A DNA stretch of 64,000 nucleotides, from the sequence record NC_047815.1. One strand, written 5' to 3'. Every line of letters begins with the position of its first letter. Within the stretch, counting starts at the first letter, position 1. The translations under genes and the position numbers were made by a program. The notes beneath the pieces are model-generated. The model did no database searches and had not been told where the DNA came from. It saw only the letters and a program-made list of their open reading frames with translations. This document shows, piece by piece, positions 54,622 to 63,536 of the stretch.

Positions 54622-55312
54622 GCGCACCAACATCGAACATGAATCCTGCCGCAAATCATCTAACGGTTGTCCTGGCTGTGGTGCACAGCCCACAATGTGG
54701 CAAGTTGAATACGATGACAACGTTATACGCTTTCTTGTGATGCATCATGGTCTGAATACCGCAGCACGCCAGTGTGCTAACTACAATCGCATCGGTGTTG
54801 GCAAGAACCCAGTTGAAGCTCTTGAAGACTGGCTCAAGGTAACCAAAGATAAACTCGCAGCACGCAAAGCACGCAGCGAACAGGACCGCATGTTCGATCA
54901 CGCTGTTGATGAAATCGGTGCTATCATTCGTCCCAACACAGACACAGTACCAGCAGATGTGTTCAATGCCTATCAACGCAATCTTGAACAACTGCAACAG
55001 ATGTGCCATCGTGTTGTGAATATCAGCGACCGATACTATGGTATCAGCTACTTTGATCAACACAGTGATGGTATTGAGTTTCGCGTAATGAACAAGACAA
55101 GCAACGTAGAGGTCAAGCTGCTTGATTCGCTTTCTCCTCAAGAATACGTCGCAATTGGTAATATACAGATAAGCATCCAAGAGTGGGCGAAAGCGGGCAT
55201 GACGCAAGCGTTCCCTATCTCAAATGACGCTGACGTCTACTCGCAGTACACACAGCACGCTGCATCAACTCTGCAAAACAGTGGTCAAAATGACGATAGT
55301 ACCGACAGTTGA
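54614..55312 (+). CDS. Hypothetical protein with Lar-like zinc ribbon
   Basis: GCPGCG...C...EALEDW. Confidence 0.6.
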   Translation: MAKRTNIEHESCRKSSNGCPGCGAQPTMWQVEYDDNVIRFLVMHHGLNTAARQCANYNRIGVGKNPVEALEDWLKVTKDKLAARKARSEQDRMFDHAVDEIGAIIRPNTDTVPADVFNAYQRNLEQLQQMCHRVVNISDRYYGISYFDQHSDGIEFRVMNKTSNVEVKLLDSLSPQEYVAIGNIQISIQEWAKAGMTQAFPISNDADVYSQYTQHAASTLQNSGQNDDSTDS

Positions 55313-55325
55313 TACGTGCTATAAT
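55274..55325 (+). promoter_or_regulatory. GGTCAAAA-class promoter for the topoisomerase operon
   Basis: GGTCAAAA 55283; TG-C-TATAAT 55320. Confidence 0.85.
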
Positions 55326-55398
55326 CTAAGAAGAATCTCAGATACACAGAGTTAAGTCAAATTGAGCTTTTTACTATTAATGTTTGGAGAGAGTATTA

Positions 55399-57432
55399 AT
55401 GGCCGTTAAAGAAAAGAAGGCTAAGCCCGCTAAGATCAAGAAGGGCAGCGGCTCGCAAGAAGGCTTCGAAATTTTAGAGGGCTTGGCGGGAATTCGTGCC
55501 AACCCTGGAATGTATATGGGGCAACGTGGTGCGGACATGGCATATCGTGCTGTGAAAGAACCTGTTGATAATGACTATGATGAATATATCGCTGGGCGTA
55601 ACAAGCTGATTGAGGTTATCATCGATTATGATAATGACCTGAACATCGTAGCCGACCAAGCTGGTGGTATTCCTACCGACTTCAAGAAGCTGAAAGACGG
55701 TTCGAAAGAAACAATAATGACCGCAGCGTTTAGTCGTGTTCATGCTGGTGGCAAGTTTAACGATCAAGCATACAAAACATCTGCGGGTACTCACGGCGTC
55801 GGTGTTGCGGCACTGAATGCTATCTCAGATCGTTTGCGCGTCTGGTCGATGTACAAAGGCAGTTGTGCCTATCAAATGTGGGAGAAGGGTGAAGTCAAGT
55901 CTGGCAAAGACCCGAAGAAAGTCAAGTCTATCGATAAAGATGTGATGGACCTGCTGAAAGATAAAAAGCATAGCAAGTACGGAACCGTTGTTGCATGGAC
56001 GCTTGATCAGACCGTTGTATCTGCCGATGTTATGCGCGGCAAGAAGCTACCGAAGAACTATCGTCATGCACGACCTGAGCCTAAGCAATTAGCAACATGG
56101 CTCAAGAACATGGCAATGCTTAACCCTGGCCTTGAGATTCGTCTCAGCTTGATTGCCAAAAAGAAGCGCAAAGACTTTGTGTTTCTCAACAAGAAAGACC
56201 TTGCGTTTGTTGTTAAGCAAATGTGTGAAGAACGTGAGCTTGGTACTACAGGCAAACCGTTTGTATTTAAGCATGACAACATCACAGCGACAATGATCTG
56301 GACTGATCATGCCGACACTGATAACTTCTTATCTTTCGTCAACACAAGCCCGACACTTGATGGTGGCTGGCATGTTGTAGGTTTCCGTGATGCGTTATTT
56401 ACTGCTATCAAGCCGTACATGAAAGCGACGAAGGGCAAAGGTAAAAAGCAGGGCTTCAAGCAAGAAGACTTGTTGATTGGTCTGACGGGCATGTTTGACT
56501 GGCGTATGCATGGCGCTCAATACACCTCACAGGTCAAAGACAAGCTAGCCAGCCGCGTCGAGAAAGAAGTGTATGACCTGATGTTCCCTCAGCTTGAGAA
56601 GTATTTCAAGGACAACAAGAAAGTTGCCAGCATGATCATCAAGCGTGCCGAAGCGATGAACAAGGGACGTGAAGAACTTAGTGCTGTTGTGAAGTCGATG
56701 GCTGACACGAAGAAAAAGCTGAAAGGCAACGCACTGCCTGCTGACTTGATCACAGCCAATCGTTGCAAACCACATGAGCGTGAACTTATCGTAGTAGAAG
56801 GGGACTCTGCTGGCGGTACTGCGAAGCACGCGCGTAACCCTGACTATCAGGAAGTAATGCTTGCTGGCGGTAAACCTCTGAACGGTCTGAAAGCAAGTCT
56901 GGCTGACGTGCTCAAGCACAAAGAAGTGCAGGGCATGTTGATCTCTATCGGTGCTGACTTGAAAACACTTGACCCGAAAGCAGAGAACCCTGTGTTGAAA
57001 ACTGACAAGCTGCGTATCGGTAACTTGATGTTCCTGATGGATGCTGACCCAGATGGATTCCACATTGCAACCCTGTTTCTTGGTGTTATCTATCGCTTGC
57101 TGCCTGACTTGATGAAAGAAGGTCGTGTGTGGATTATCGATAGTACCCTGTACAACGTAATCTACAAGGGCGTGAACTATGGCGGTATGACGTTTGAAGA
57201 ATGTCGCGCACTTGCACCTGCTGCTGTAAAAGATCGTGATATTGTTCGTGCTAAAGGTTGGGGTGAAGTTGAACCAGCAACGCTTGAGGCAATCGCATTC
57301 AATCCGAAGACTCGTCGTTTAATCAGAATCAATCCGTTCGAGAACGTCGAGCAAGAGCGTTTCTTCCGTGGTGTATTAGCAGAAGACGCCGTACATCGTC
57401 GTCGTTTACTTGGACTTGAGGACGCAGCATAA
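55399..57432 (+). CDS. gyrB: Type IIA topoisomerase subunit B (GyrB/ParE-like)
   Basis: IRANPGMYMG, EPVDN..DE, HAGGKF, GTHGVG, VEGDSAGG, DADPDG, KGWGE. Confidence 0.93.
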   Translation: MAVKEKKAKPAKIKKGSGSQEGFEILEGLAGIRANPGMYMGQRGADMAYRAVKEPVDNDYDEYIAGRNKLIEVIIDYDNDLNIVADQAGGIPTDFKKLKDGSKETIMTAAFSRVHAGGKFNDQAYKTSAGTHGVGVAALNAISDRLRVWSMYKGSCAYQMWEKGEVKSGKDPKKVKSIDKDVMDLLKDKKHSKYGTVVAWTLDQTVVSADVMRGKKLPKNYRHARPEPKQLATWLKNMAMLNPGLEIRLSLIAKKKRKDFVFLNKKDLAFVVKQMCEERELGTTGKPFVFKHDNITATMIWTDHADTDNFLSFVNTSPTLDGGWHVVGFRDALFTAIKPYMKATKGKGKKQGFKQEDLLIGLTGMFDWRMHGAQYTSQVKDKLASRVEKEVYDLMFPQLEKYFKDNKKVASMIIKRAEAMNKGREELSAVVKSMADTKKKLKGNALPADLITANRCKPHERELIVVEGDSAGGTAKHARNPDYQEVMLAGGKPLNGLKASLADVLKHKEVQGMLISIGADLKTLDPKAENPVLKTDKLRIGNLMFLMDADPDGFHIATLFLGVIYRLLPDLMKEGRVWIIDSTLYNVIYKGVNYGGMTFEECRALAPAAVKDRDIVRAKGWGEVEPATLEAIAFNPKTRRLIRINPFENVEQERFFRGVLAEDAVHRRRLLGLEDAA

Positions 57433-57653
57433 TGAAAAACAAACACATGACGTTTCCAGTCGTTAAGGGAACCGAGCGTTGGCCTGTGCCTTTGTTTGAT
57501 ATTCCAGACATGCATATCGGTATAGAGCTGACTTCTGAACAACGTAATGCAATGGACTGCGCTGTATCTAAGCTGCGCCAGTTGTCAAAAGATCGCGACT
57601 TCTGTACAAAATACGGCACCAAGTTCGTAGCCTCTCAAGGAGATTCATTTTGA
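57432..57653 (+). CDS. Small hypothetical protein
   Basis: Coupled TAATG. Confidence 0.65.
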   Translation: MKNKHMTFPVVKGTERWPVPLFDIPDMHIGIELTSEQRNAMDCAVSKLRQLSKDRDFCTKYGTKFVASQGDSF

Positions 57654-57904
57654 ATCGCTTTCAACAGCACATCAAAAACATGCCTGAGTCAGAATCGCCT
57701 TATCTGACTCGTCGCGTAGCACCAGAGTCTCAAACTGTTGTGACACACAGTAACGGTATTACTCGCGGCGTGACACGCATGGCTTATCCTCAGCTACAGC
57801 AAATTCCACGCGTCAACCTCGACCTCACAGCACTGCGCGGTCTGAAAGTGCGCCACATCGATATTAACTTGACTGAACAACTTTTCATTCAGTCACATTC
57901 GTAA
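57650..57904 (+). CDS. Small hypothetical protein
   Basis: AAGGAG SD, TTG. Confidence 0.6.
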   Translation: MNRFQQHIKNMPESESPYLTRRVAPESQTVVTHSNGITRGVTRMAYPQLQQIPRVNLDLTALRGLKVRHIDINLTEQLFIQSHS

Positions 57905-57915
57905 GAGATTAGCCC

Positions 57916-59541
57916 ATGGCCAAAGCAGCAAAGCCAGTTAAGATTAAAAAGAAATCGACCGCCGTTGCAACGAAAGCTGTTGCGCTTGATACAATCAAGA
58001 AGAAGAAAAAGAAAACAGAGGTAACAGCATCAACGTCCTCAATCAAGTCACTGTACATGATGAAGGACCAAGACGAGTCATTGATTCGTGATGAAGGTCT
58101 CAGTGACTACACAGCACGCGCTTTAAAAGTATACGGTTCATACGTTGTAGAAGACCGAGCTATCGCTGACTATCGTGATGGTCTCAAGCCTGTGCATCGT
58201 GCTATCTTGTGGTCACTGAGTGACTTAGGGCTTCGTCCAGGAGGCGGCTTCAAGAAAGCAGCACGTACCGTTGGTGATGCGCTTGGTAAGTATCATCCAC
58301 ACGGCGATGCAGCATGTTATGGCGCTATGGTCACGATTGCAAACACAGTGCCACCAGCAGTTGCTGGCTCTGGTAACTGGGGTGACCCTGTAACACCCGC
58401 CGCGGCAATGCGTTATACAGAAGCGAAAATGTCGAAGTTCACAGGGCTGTTCCTGTTGGACAATGACTATCTCGAAGTAACGCCGATGGTAGATAACTTC
58501 TCAAACGACATGAAGCTGCCGCTGTATCTTCCTGCTCTGTTGCCTTATATGTTGTTCAACGGTTCAGTACCTCCACCAGCCTATGGCGTTAAGTGTGGTA
58601 ACCCATCGTTTAGCTTTACCTCAGTAAGCAAGATCGTTATCGATATGCTGAACGGCGTTGAGTATGACGCGAAGAAGATGGCGAAAGTGCTTGAAGTGCG
58701 CCATGAGTTTGGTTGTGAAGATGTTAGCCCTGACTCGGACTTCTTTGAACTTGTCTCAACGGGACGTGGTAAAGTAACGTATCAACCACTCATGAAGCTC
58801 GATGAAAAGAACCGTACAATCACTGTACAGACCTATGTGCCTGGTGGTTTTGCTAACAATGGTGGTATCACTAAAAAGCTGGAGAAGATAGCAGAGTGGT
58901 CTGGTGTTGTTTCAGCATCGAATGCTAGTGGTGCAAAGAACAAGAATGCCGGGCCTTGGGGCGCAGCGTTTGAAATCAAATGTCGTTGCAGCGAGGACGC
59001 CTTATACGACATTGCCAAGCAAGTGCAGAAAGAGGTCACTTCAAGCATCAGCTACATGCTGGGCGTAACGATTCGTAATGCAGATGCAGCAAACGCCTTC
59101 AAGTATCTGAACTATGTGCAATACTTCAAAGCGTGGATTGCGTACCGCATCAAACTTGAAGTTCGTATGCTCAAGAACAAGATTGAGAAGGCAGAGAAGC
59201 AACTGCACCTCAATGAAGTATATCTCTGGGCTGTGGACAACATGAAGCAGTTACTTGCTGCCTTGCCTAAAGTGCTGGTAGCAGAAGACCCTGACAAAGC
59301 ATTGGCTAAAGCGTGCAAGATACCTCAAGAAGATGCGAAAATCATCCTTGACCGTCAAGTACGCAAGCTGGCCAAGCTGGAACGAGCAGCACTGGTAGCA
59401 AAAGTTAAGGAGCTGAAAGCCGAGATTGCTGGTTACAAGAAGGGACTGAAGGAGCCAGGCAAGTACGCTGCGGCAGACACAGAGCGTCGTGTCAAGCTGT
59501 ACATGAAATCACCAGACGAAAAGATTCCCGTAGCACTCTGA
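57916..59541 (+). CDS. gyrA: Type IIA topoisomerase subunit A (GyrA/ParC-like), no C-terminal pinwheel
   Basis: RAIADYRDGLKPVHR, YHPHGD, AAMRYTE (Tyr at 58414). Confidence 0.93.
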   Translation: MAKAAKPVKIKKKSTAVATKAVALDTIKKKKKKTEVTASTSSIKSLYMMKDQDESLIRDEGLSDYTARALKVYGSYVVEDRAIADYRDGLKPVHRAILWSLSDLGLRPGGGFKKAARTVGDALGKYHPHGDAACYGAMVTIANTVPPAVAGSGNWGDPVTPAAAMRYTEAKMSKFTGLFLLDNDYLEVTPMVDNFSNDMKLPLYLPALLPYMLFNGSVPPPAYGVKCGNPSFSFTSVSKIVIDMLNGVEYDAKKMAKVLEVRHEFGCEDVSPDSDFFELVSTGRGKVTYQPLMKLDEKNRTITVQTYVPGGFANNGGITKKLEKIAEWSGVVSASNASGAKNKNAGPWGAAFEIKCRCSEDALYDIAKQVQKEVTSSISYMLGVTIRNADAANAFKYLNYVQYFKAWIAYRIKLEVRMLKNKIEKAEKQLHLNEVYLWAVDNMKQLLAALPKVLVAEDPDKALAKACKIPQEDAKIILDRQVRKLAKLERAALVAKVKELKAEIAGYKKGLKEPGKYAAADTERRVKLYMKSPDEKIPVAL

Positions 59542-59583
59542 GAAATATCTGTAAATACAAAGAGTTACTAAGAATTTTCGCAG

Positions 59584-59634
59584 CAAATCTTTGGACGAAA
59601 CGCGGTTGAGTCGTGCTGCGTTTCGTGTTATACT
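59584..59634 (+). promoter_or_regulatory. Variant GGTCAAAA-class promoter (one nt shorter)
   Basis: CAAAT..GGACGAAA 59593; TTGAGT 59606; TG-T-TATACT 59629. Confidence 0.7.
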
Positions 59635-59804
59635 TAACACTGGAACTACCAGTAAGGAGAAGAGTAATTTTGCTTTGTTGAAAGTTATTTTAGTAACGTA
59701 ACTGCACCATAAATAACAATCGATTCGCATATGGTAATTTACCTATGTAGAATCGCTAGGGCCGAGTTATGGCTCTCACTATTATGAGTTAGGAATATTG
59801 ATCA

Positions 59805-60989
59805 ATGAATCAACCCATCATCAGACTTAAAGATATCCTTAACGACGTGATTCAAGGACTTGAATATTTGCGTCAAGGTAAAGAAACCAAGCGTGCCAAA
59901 TTTGTCGCACGTCTGCAACAACCAAAGGAACAGTTGTCTGATTGCCTACGCTCCATTAAAAGTAATGTGTACAAGTCATACCCCAACATTTTAGAGTTAC
60001 GCGATTCAGTTCAGGTCAGCGTAACCACCTGCCTATCATTGTCAGAACTTGTTGCCAGCGGAAAAATCAAAGTCCGTCCAGCTCTTGAGAAGATTGCAGA
60101 GGTGCAAACCAACCTGCAAGCTGATCAAACGCTGTGTGCAGAAATTCTGGAGTACGTCAAAGCTGACGCTACCGAAGAACAAGACGAAGCCAACATGAAA
60201 GCTGTTCGTCGCGATCAACGCGAAGATGCAGCAACGGCCAAGACAGCAAAAGTCCTGAGTCGTTTCAAAGCTACGTATGCACACAAGGTGCCAAAGCAGT
60301 TCACAGACACCATCAAATTTATTGAACTCCCTGTAATGGCTCGTTTCAGCACGTTGTCGATGAACGCCGATTCGCTTACGCGTATGGGTTTCAAAATCGA
60401 AACTGCCGGACTTCACTCAACTCCAAGCAGCGACCTCGGCATTATCTTTGAACGCCAGACGCTGTTATTCTTCCGCATGAGCGATGCACGCGAAGCAGCC
60501 GAAGAACAAATCAAGCGCCACAAGCGCACTGACAGCGTTCAGGTTCGTCGTACAGCAATCATGAAATCGCGTAGCGCAGAGAAGCGTGCTATTCGTAAAC
60601 TGGAGCGTGAAGCAGAGGGCCTTCCTCGTCGTCGTCGTTTGCTCATCGATAAACAAATCGGTGATCATCAAGCACGTATTGATGACCTGACCCGTGAGCT
60701 AGACAGCATGATCGAATCGGTCAAGCAGTCAAACTCGGTAACAAGGGTTGTTCGTCAAATGCGCGGCTCAAACGATCACGCACTACTCAACTATCTCAAC
60801 ACCATACTAGATGCAATCAACGCCAAGTCCAGCACTGACTACGCCTTGTTTACCACGATGCCGCTTCAAGGTATCATGCGTGACAGCGATGTTTGTGCCG
60901 CATGGTTGATGCCGAAAGGCGCAATCAAACGCTTACTCCATCACACAGGAGGCGACACTAAACTCCAGAAATGGATGTTGCCTTGGTAA
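59805..60989 (+). CDS. Hypothetical protein with coiled coils
   Basis: AGGA SD. Confidence 0.85.
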   Translation: MNQPIIRLKDILNDVIQGLEYLRQGKETKRAKFVARLQQPKEQLSDCLRSIKSNVYKSYPNILELRDSVQVSVTTCLSLSELVASGKIKVRPALEKIAEVQTNLQADQTLCAEILEYVKADATEEQDEANMKAVRRDQREDAATAKTAKVLSRFKATYAHKVPKQFTDTIKFIELPVMARFSTLSMNADSLTRMGFKIETAGLHSTPSSDLGIIFERQTLLFFRMSDAREAAEEQIKRHKRTDSVQVRRTAIMKSRSAEKRAIRKLEREAEGLPRRRRLLIDKQIGDHQARIDDLTRELDSMIESVKQSNSVTRVVRQMRGSNDHALLNYLNTILDAINAKSSTDYALFTTMPLQGIMRDSDVCAAWLMPKGAIKRLLHHTGGDTKLQKWMLPW

Positions 60990-61531
60990 TGTCGAAAGAC
61001 AATCGATTACCTGCCGAGTCTAACGGAGCACTGACCAGATGTATTATTTGCGGCCAATTTAGTCGCGCAATACACTGGCATCATACCGTACCTCGCAGTC
61101 TGGGAGGAGAGCTGTCGCTGCAAATCCCTATAGACGGTAACTGTCATACAACGTTGCACGCAAAGGCAGAAGCTGTTGTGAGCCGTTTGAATGGCAAGCG
61201 CCGTGAGCCGGTAGGAGAATTCTGGGCAGACCCAGAAGCCGAACATCGCGCTCAAACTTGGCTTCAAATCTTAGTGGATGCAATGCTGAATCCTCAAGTC
61301 ATTCCTGGCCAGAAAGAAATCCTGTTGCCGATGATTAAGGTTCCAGTGGATTTAAGGTTTGAGCTAGAACTTTTAAAGCGAGATACACCTGGCATTACTA
61401 ATATGAGTCAGGTCCTCCGCTATTGTATCGAATTTACTTTAAAACAAAAAGGGTTGAAACAACATGAGCAAAAAGACGATGAGCCAAGGCCAAATTCTCG
61501 ATCTGGTAAAAAGCGAACTGACCTGTGGTGA
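60989..61531 (+). CDS. HNH-motif protein with C-terminal RHH-like segment
   Basis: CIICG...HWHHTVPRSLGG......DGNCHTTLH. Confidence 0.7.
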   Translation: MSKDNRLPAESNGALTRCIICGQFSRAIHWHHTVPRSLGGELSLQIPIDGNCHTTLHAKAEAVVSRLNGKRREPVGEFWADPEAEHRAQTWLQILVDAMLNPQVIPGQKEILLPMIKVPVDLRFELELLKRDTPGITNMSQVLRYCIEFTLKQKGLKQHEQKDDEPRPNSRSGKKRTDLW

Positions 61532-62327
61532 TTGCCGCGGTCTAACTCGTGATGCACTTTTACCAACAGCCGAGAAACCATGTGCAAGTCAGGGCATTCA
61601 AGAAGCGTCGAAAACGTGTAAACATTTTCGTTCGGACAGCCCAAGTCTTCGTGAGTTGATGACCGATAATGGTGATGCATTAGTTGCCTTGTTTGATTTT
61701 TGTGGCAAGCTTGGTGACAAAGACCTACGCGTTATGGCGGGCATGATGTTGAGTGAAGCACGTACTCGTCGTCATGGTGTGCGTATGGGTCAGCCTGTAT
61801 TTATTCGTTATCGTGGTCGTGAGACTCGCAACTATCTCAACAACTTTATGGCGGCGCGTGTGCTTGATGTGTCAGATACCGAGATTCGTTGTATCAGCGA
61901 AAGCGGTGAAATGATCCTGACTTATCCAAACACTGGCTTTGATGGCCCATCAGTTTACAGCAAGTCCGCATTCAAAGCGATTCGCCGTGACATGATCGAC
62001 GCAGGCAAGTTGATTGATCCTGAGAAAGCAATCTCAACAAGCAAACGTTTCCTGCCGGATGAAGCTGACGTTAAGTTCTCAGCACCATCATCGCTGGACG
62101 GTGTATCTATCCCTCGTATGGACAAAGTTGTTAAAGGTAAAGGCGCGAAGAAGAAAAAGAAAAACAAGAATACCGATACTCTGGTTGATCTCGTTAGTAT
62201 GATAGAAAGTGGCATTGACATGGGTGCAGATGTTGATGAGTCAGGTCAAATGGAACTTGGTGAAAACAGTTACAAACGCAAAGTTAAGGTCGGCAAGAAC
62301 GGCGCAGTTGACCTAAGCGATCTGTAA
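61464..62327 (+). CDS. Hypothetical protein with Cys cluster
   Basis: CGDC...PC...CKHF. Confidence 0.75.
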   Translation: MSKKTMSQGQILDLVKSELTCGDCRGLTRDALLPTAEKPCASQGIQEASKTCKHFRSDSPSLRELMTDNGDALVALFDFCGKLGDKDLRVMAGMMLSEARTRRHGVRMGQPVFIRYRGRETRNYLNNFMAARVLDVSDTEIRCISESGEMILTYPNTGFDGPSVYSKSAFKAIRRDMIDAGKLIDPEKAISTSKRFLPDEADVKFSAPSSLDGVSIPRMDKVVKGKGAKKKKKNKNTDTLVDLVSMIESGIDMGADVDESGQMELGENSYKRKVKVGKNGAVDLSDL

Positions 62328-62396
62328 CAGACAACAAATCTACTATCAATTGTAACACCGAATATCAATCAACTATTAATTGGATGGACCTTAACA

Positions 62397-63536
62397 ATGT
62401 TTGATACAAACAATGAGCAGTCTCTTGAAGCGTTTATCTCCCAACGTCTTGCTCTTGATGTGACGAGTGATAGTTTTCGTCGTGTGTTTGCGTCCACTGT
62501 TAGATACCTAGCGTCGGGGTATAAATCGATTGCAGAATATCACCGAGACCTTCAACGTGAAGTTGATTTTAGTCAATTTGAATTCACAGCGGCAGACTTT
62601 CGTATTGAAGTAAGCAGTGTGTGTAATTTTATTCTCAAGATGCGTTTCTACGCACTGGCCTTGTGCCTTGAGCGTGACCCACGTGACGTTATCTATGAGT
62701 ATGGTCGTTATGGCCTGTGTCGTCGTGATGCGATTCTCGCGTGGAACCTGTGTCTCAAAGACAAAGACAGCCGCAAGCAAATTCGCTTGTGTGCAAAAAC
62801 AAAACATAAAGGCCTGTGCCGTGATATGGTAACTCATCAAGAGCTACATCATCGCCTGGGTCAAACATCAATATTGTTCGCAGAGCTGCACCGCAACGCA
62901 GAGCGACAGGTACGCAAGAACATGCGCTGGGTAGCAACAGCACACAACATACCTCTGCAAGATCTGACGTGTGATATTATGTGTAAGGTACTGACCAGCT
63001 ATTATCAGTGCTTGCCAAACAATTTCACGTTAGGCCACCAGCTCAACTATCTGCGTGCGACCTTGACCAACCGCATTAATAATATGAACAACTATTATGG
63101 TGCGGAGAAACGTCGTCGTATGCAGAAGGTTGGTGAAGACAAGTATGAGATTGTTGTAATGTCCGACAATCAACTCCAGAAGGCATTCGGTTCAGACGAA
63201 GATACCGTCAGCTATGAATCAATGCTGGGCGAAGATGCACGCGTTCACACAGAGCAGATGGAGAACAGCTTGACCATCAACAAGCTGTTAGACGAAGCAG
63301 AAGGAACGAAACGTCACAAGCTGTACGCAACCGTGTTGGGCCGTGACTGTGCTGACTTCACTGATTACTTGCGAGAGCACGGCATGTTGAAAGAGACCAT
63401 GTCGTGTGCCTCTGAGTGGTTGATGGTCAAGCCGTCAACTTTCATCAGAAAGACCTTAGCGCGTTGGCTTGACGTCAACGTAAGTTCTGTAAATACTGGA
63501 TTAGAGACGTTGCGTAATGCATTGCAAGCTGCCTGA
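62397..63536 (+). CDS. Possible phage sigma-factor-like protein
   Basis: QDLTCDIMCKVL...YLRATLTNRINN...KRRR resembles sigma region 2; VSYESMLGED resembles region 3. Confidence 0.45.
   Translation: MFDTNNEQSLEAFISQRLALDVTSDSFRRVFASTVRYLASGYKSIAEYHRDLQREVDFSQFEFTAADFRIEVSSVCNFILKMRFYALALCLERDPRDVIYEYGRYGLCRRDAILAWNLCLKDKDSRKQIRLCAKTKHKGLCRDMVTHQELHHRLGQTSILFAELHRNAERQVRKNMRWVATAHNIPLQDLTCDIMCKVLTSYYQCLPNNFTLGHQLNYLRATLTNRINNMNNYYGAEKRRRMQKVGEDKYEIVVMSDNQLQKAFGSDEDTVSYESMLGEDARVHTEQMENSLTINKLLDEAEGTKRHKLYATVLGRDCADFTDYLREHGMLKETMSCASEWLMVKPSTFIRKTLARWLDVNVSSVNTGLETLRNALQAA

Noticed and set aside
55399-59541. Bacterial chromosomal gyrBA, i.e. host contamination
   Set aside because: Divergent motifs, no CTD, phage-type promoter and hypothetical neighbours.
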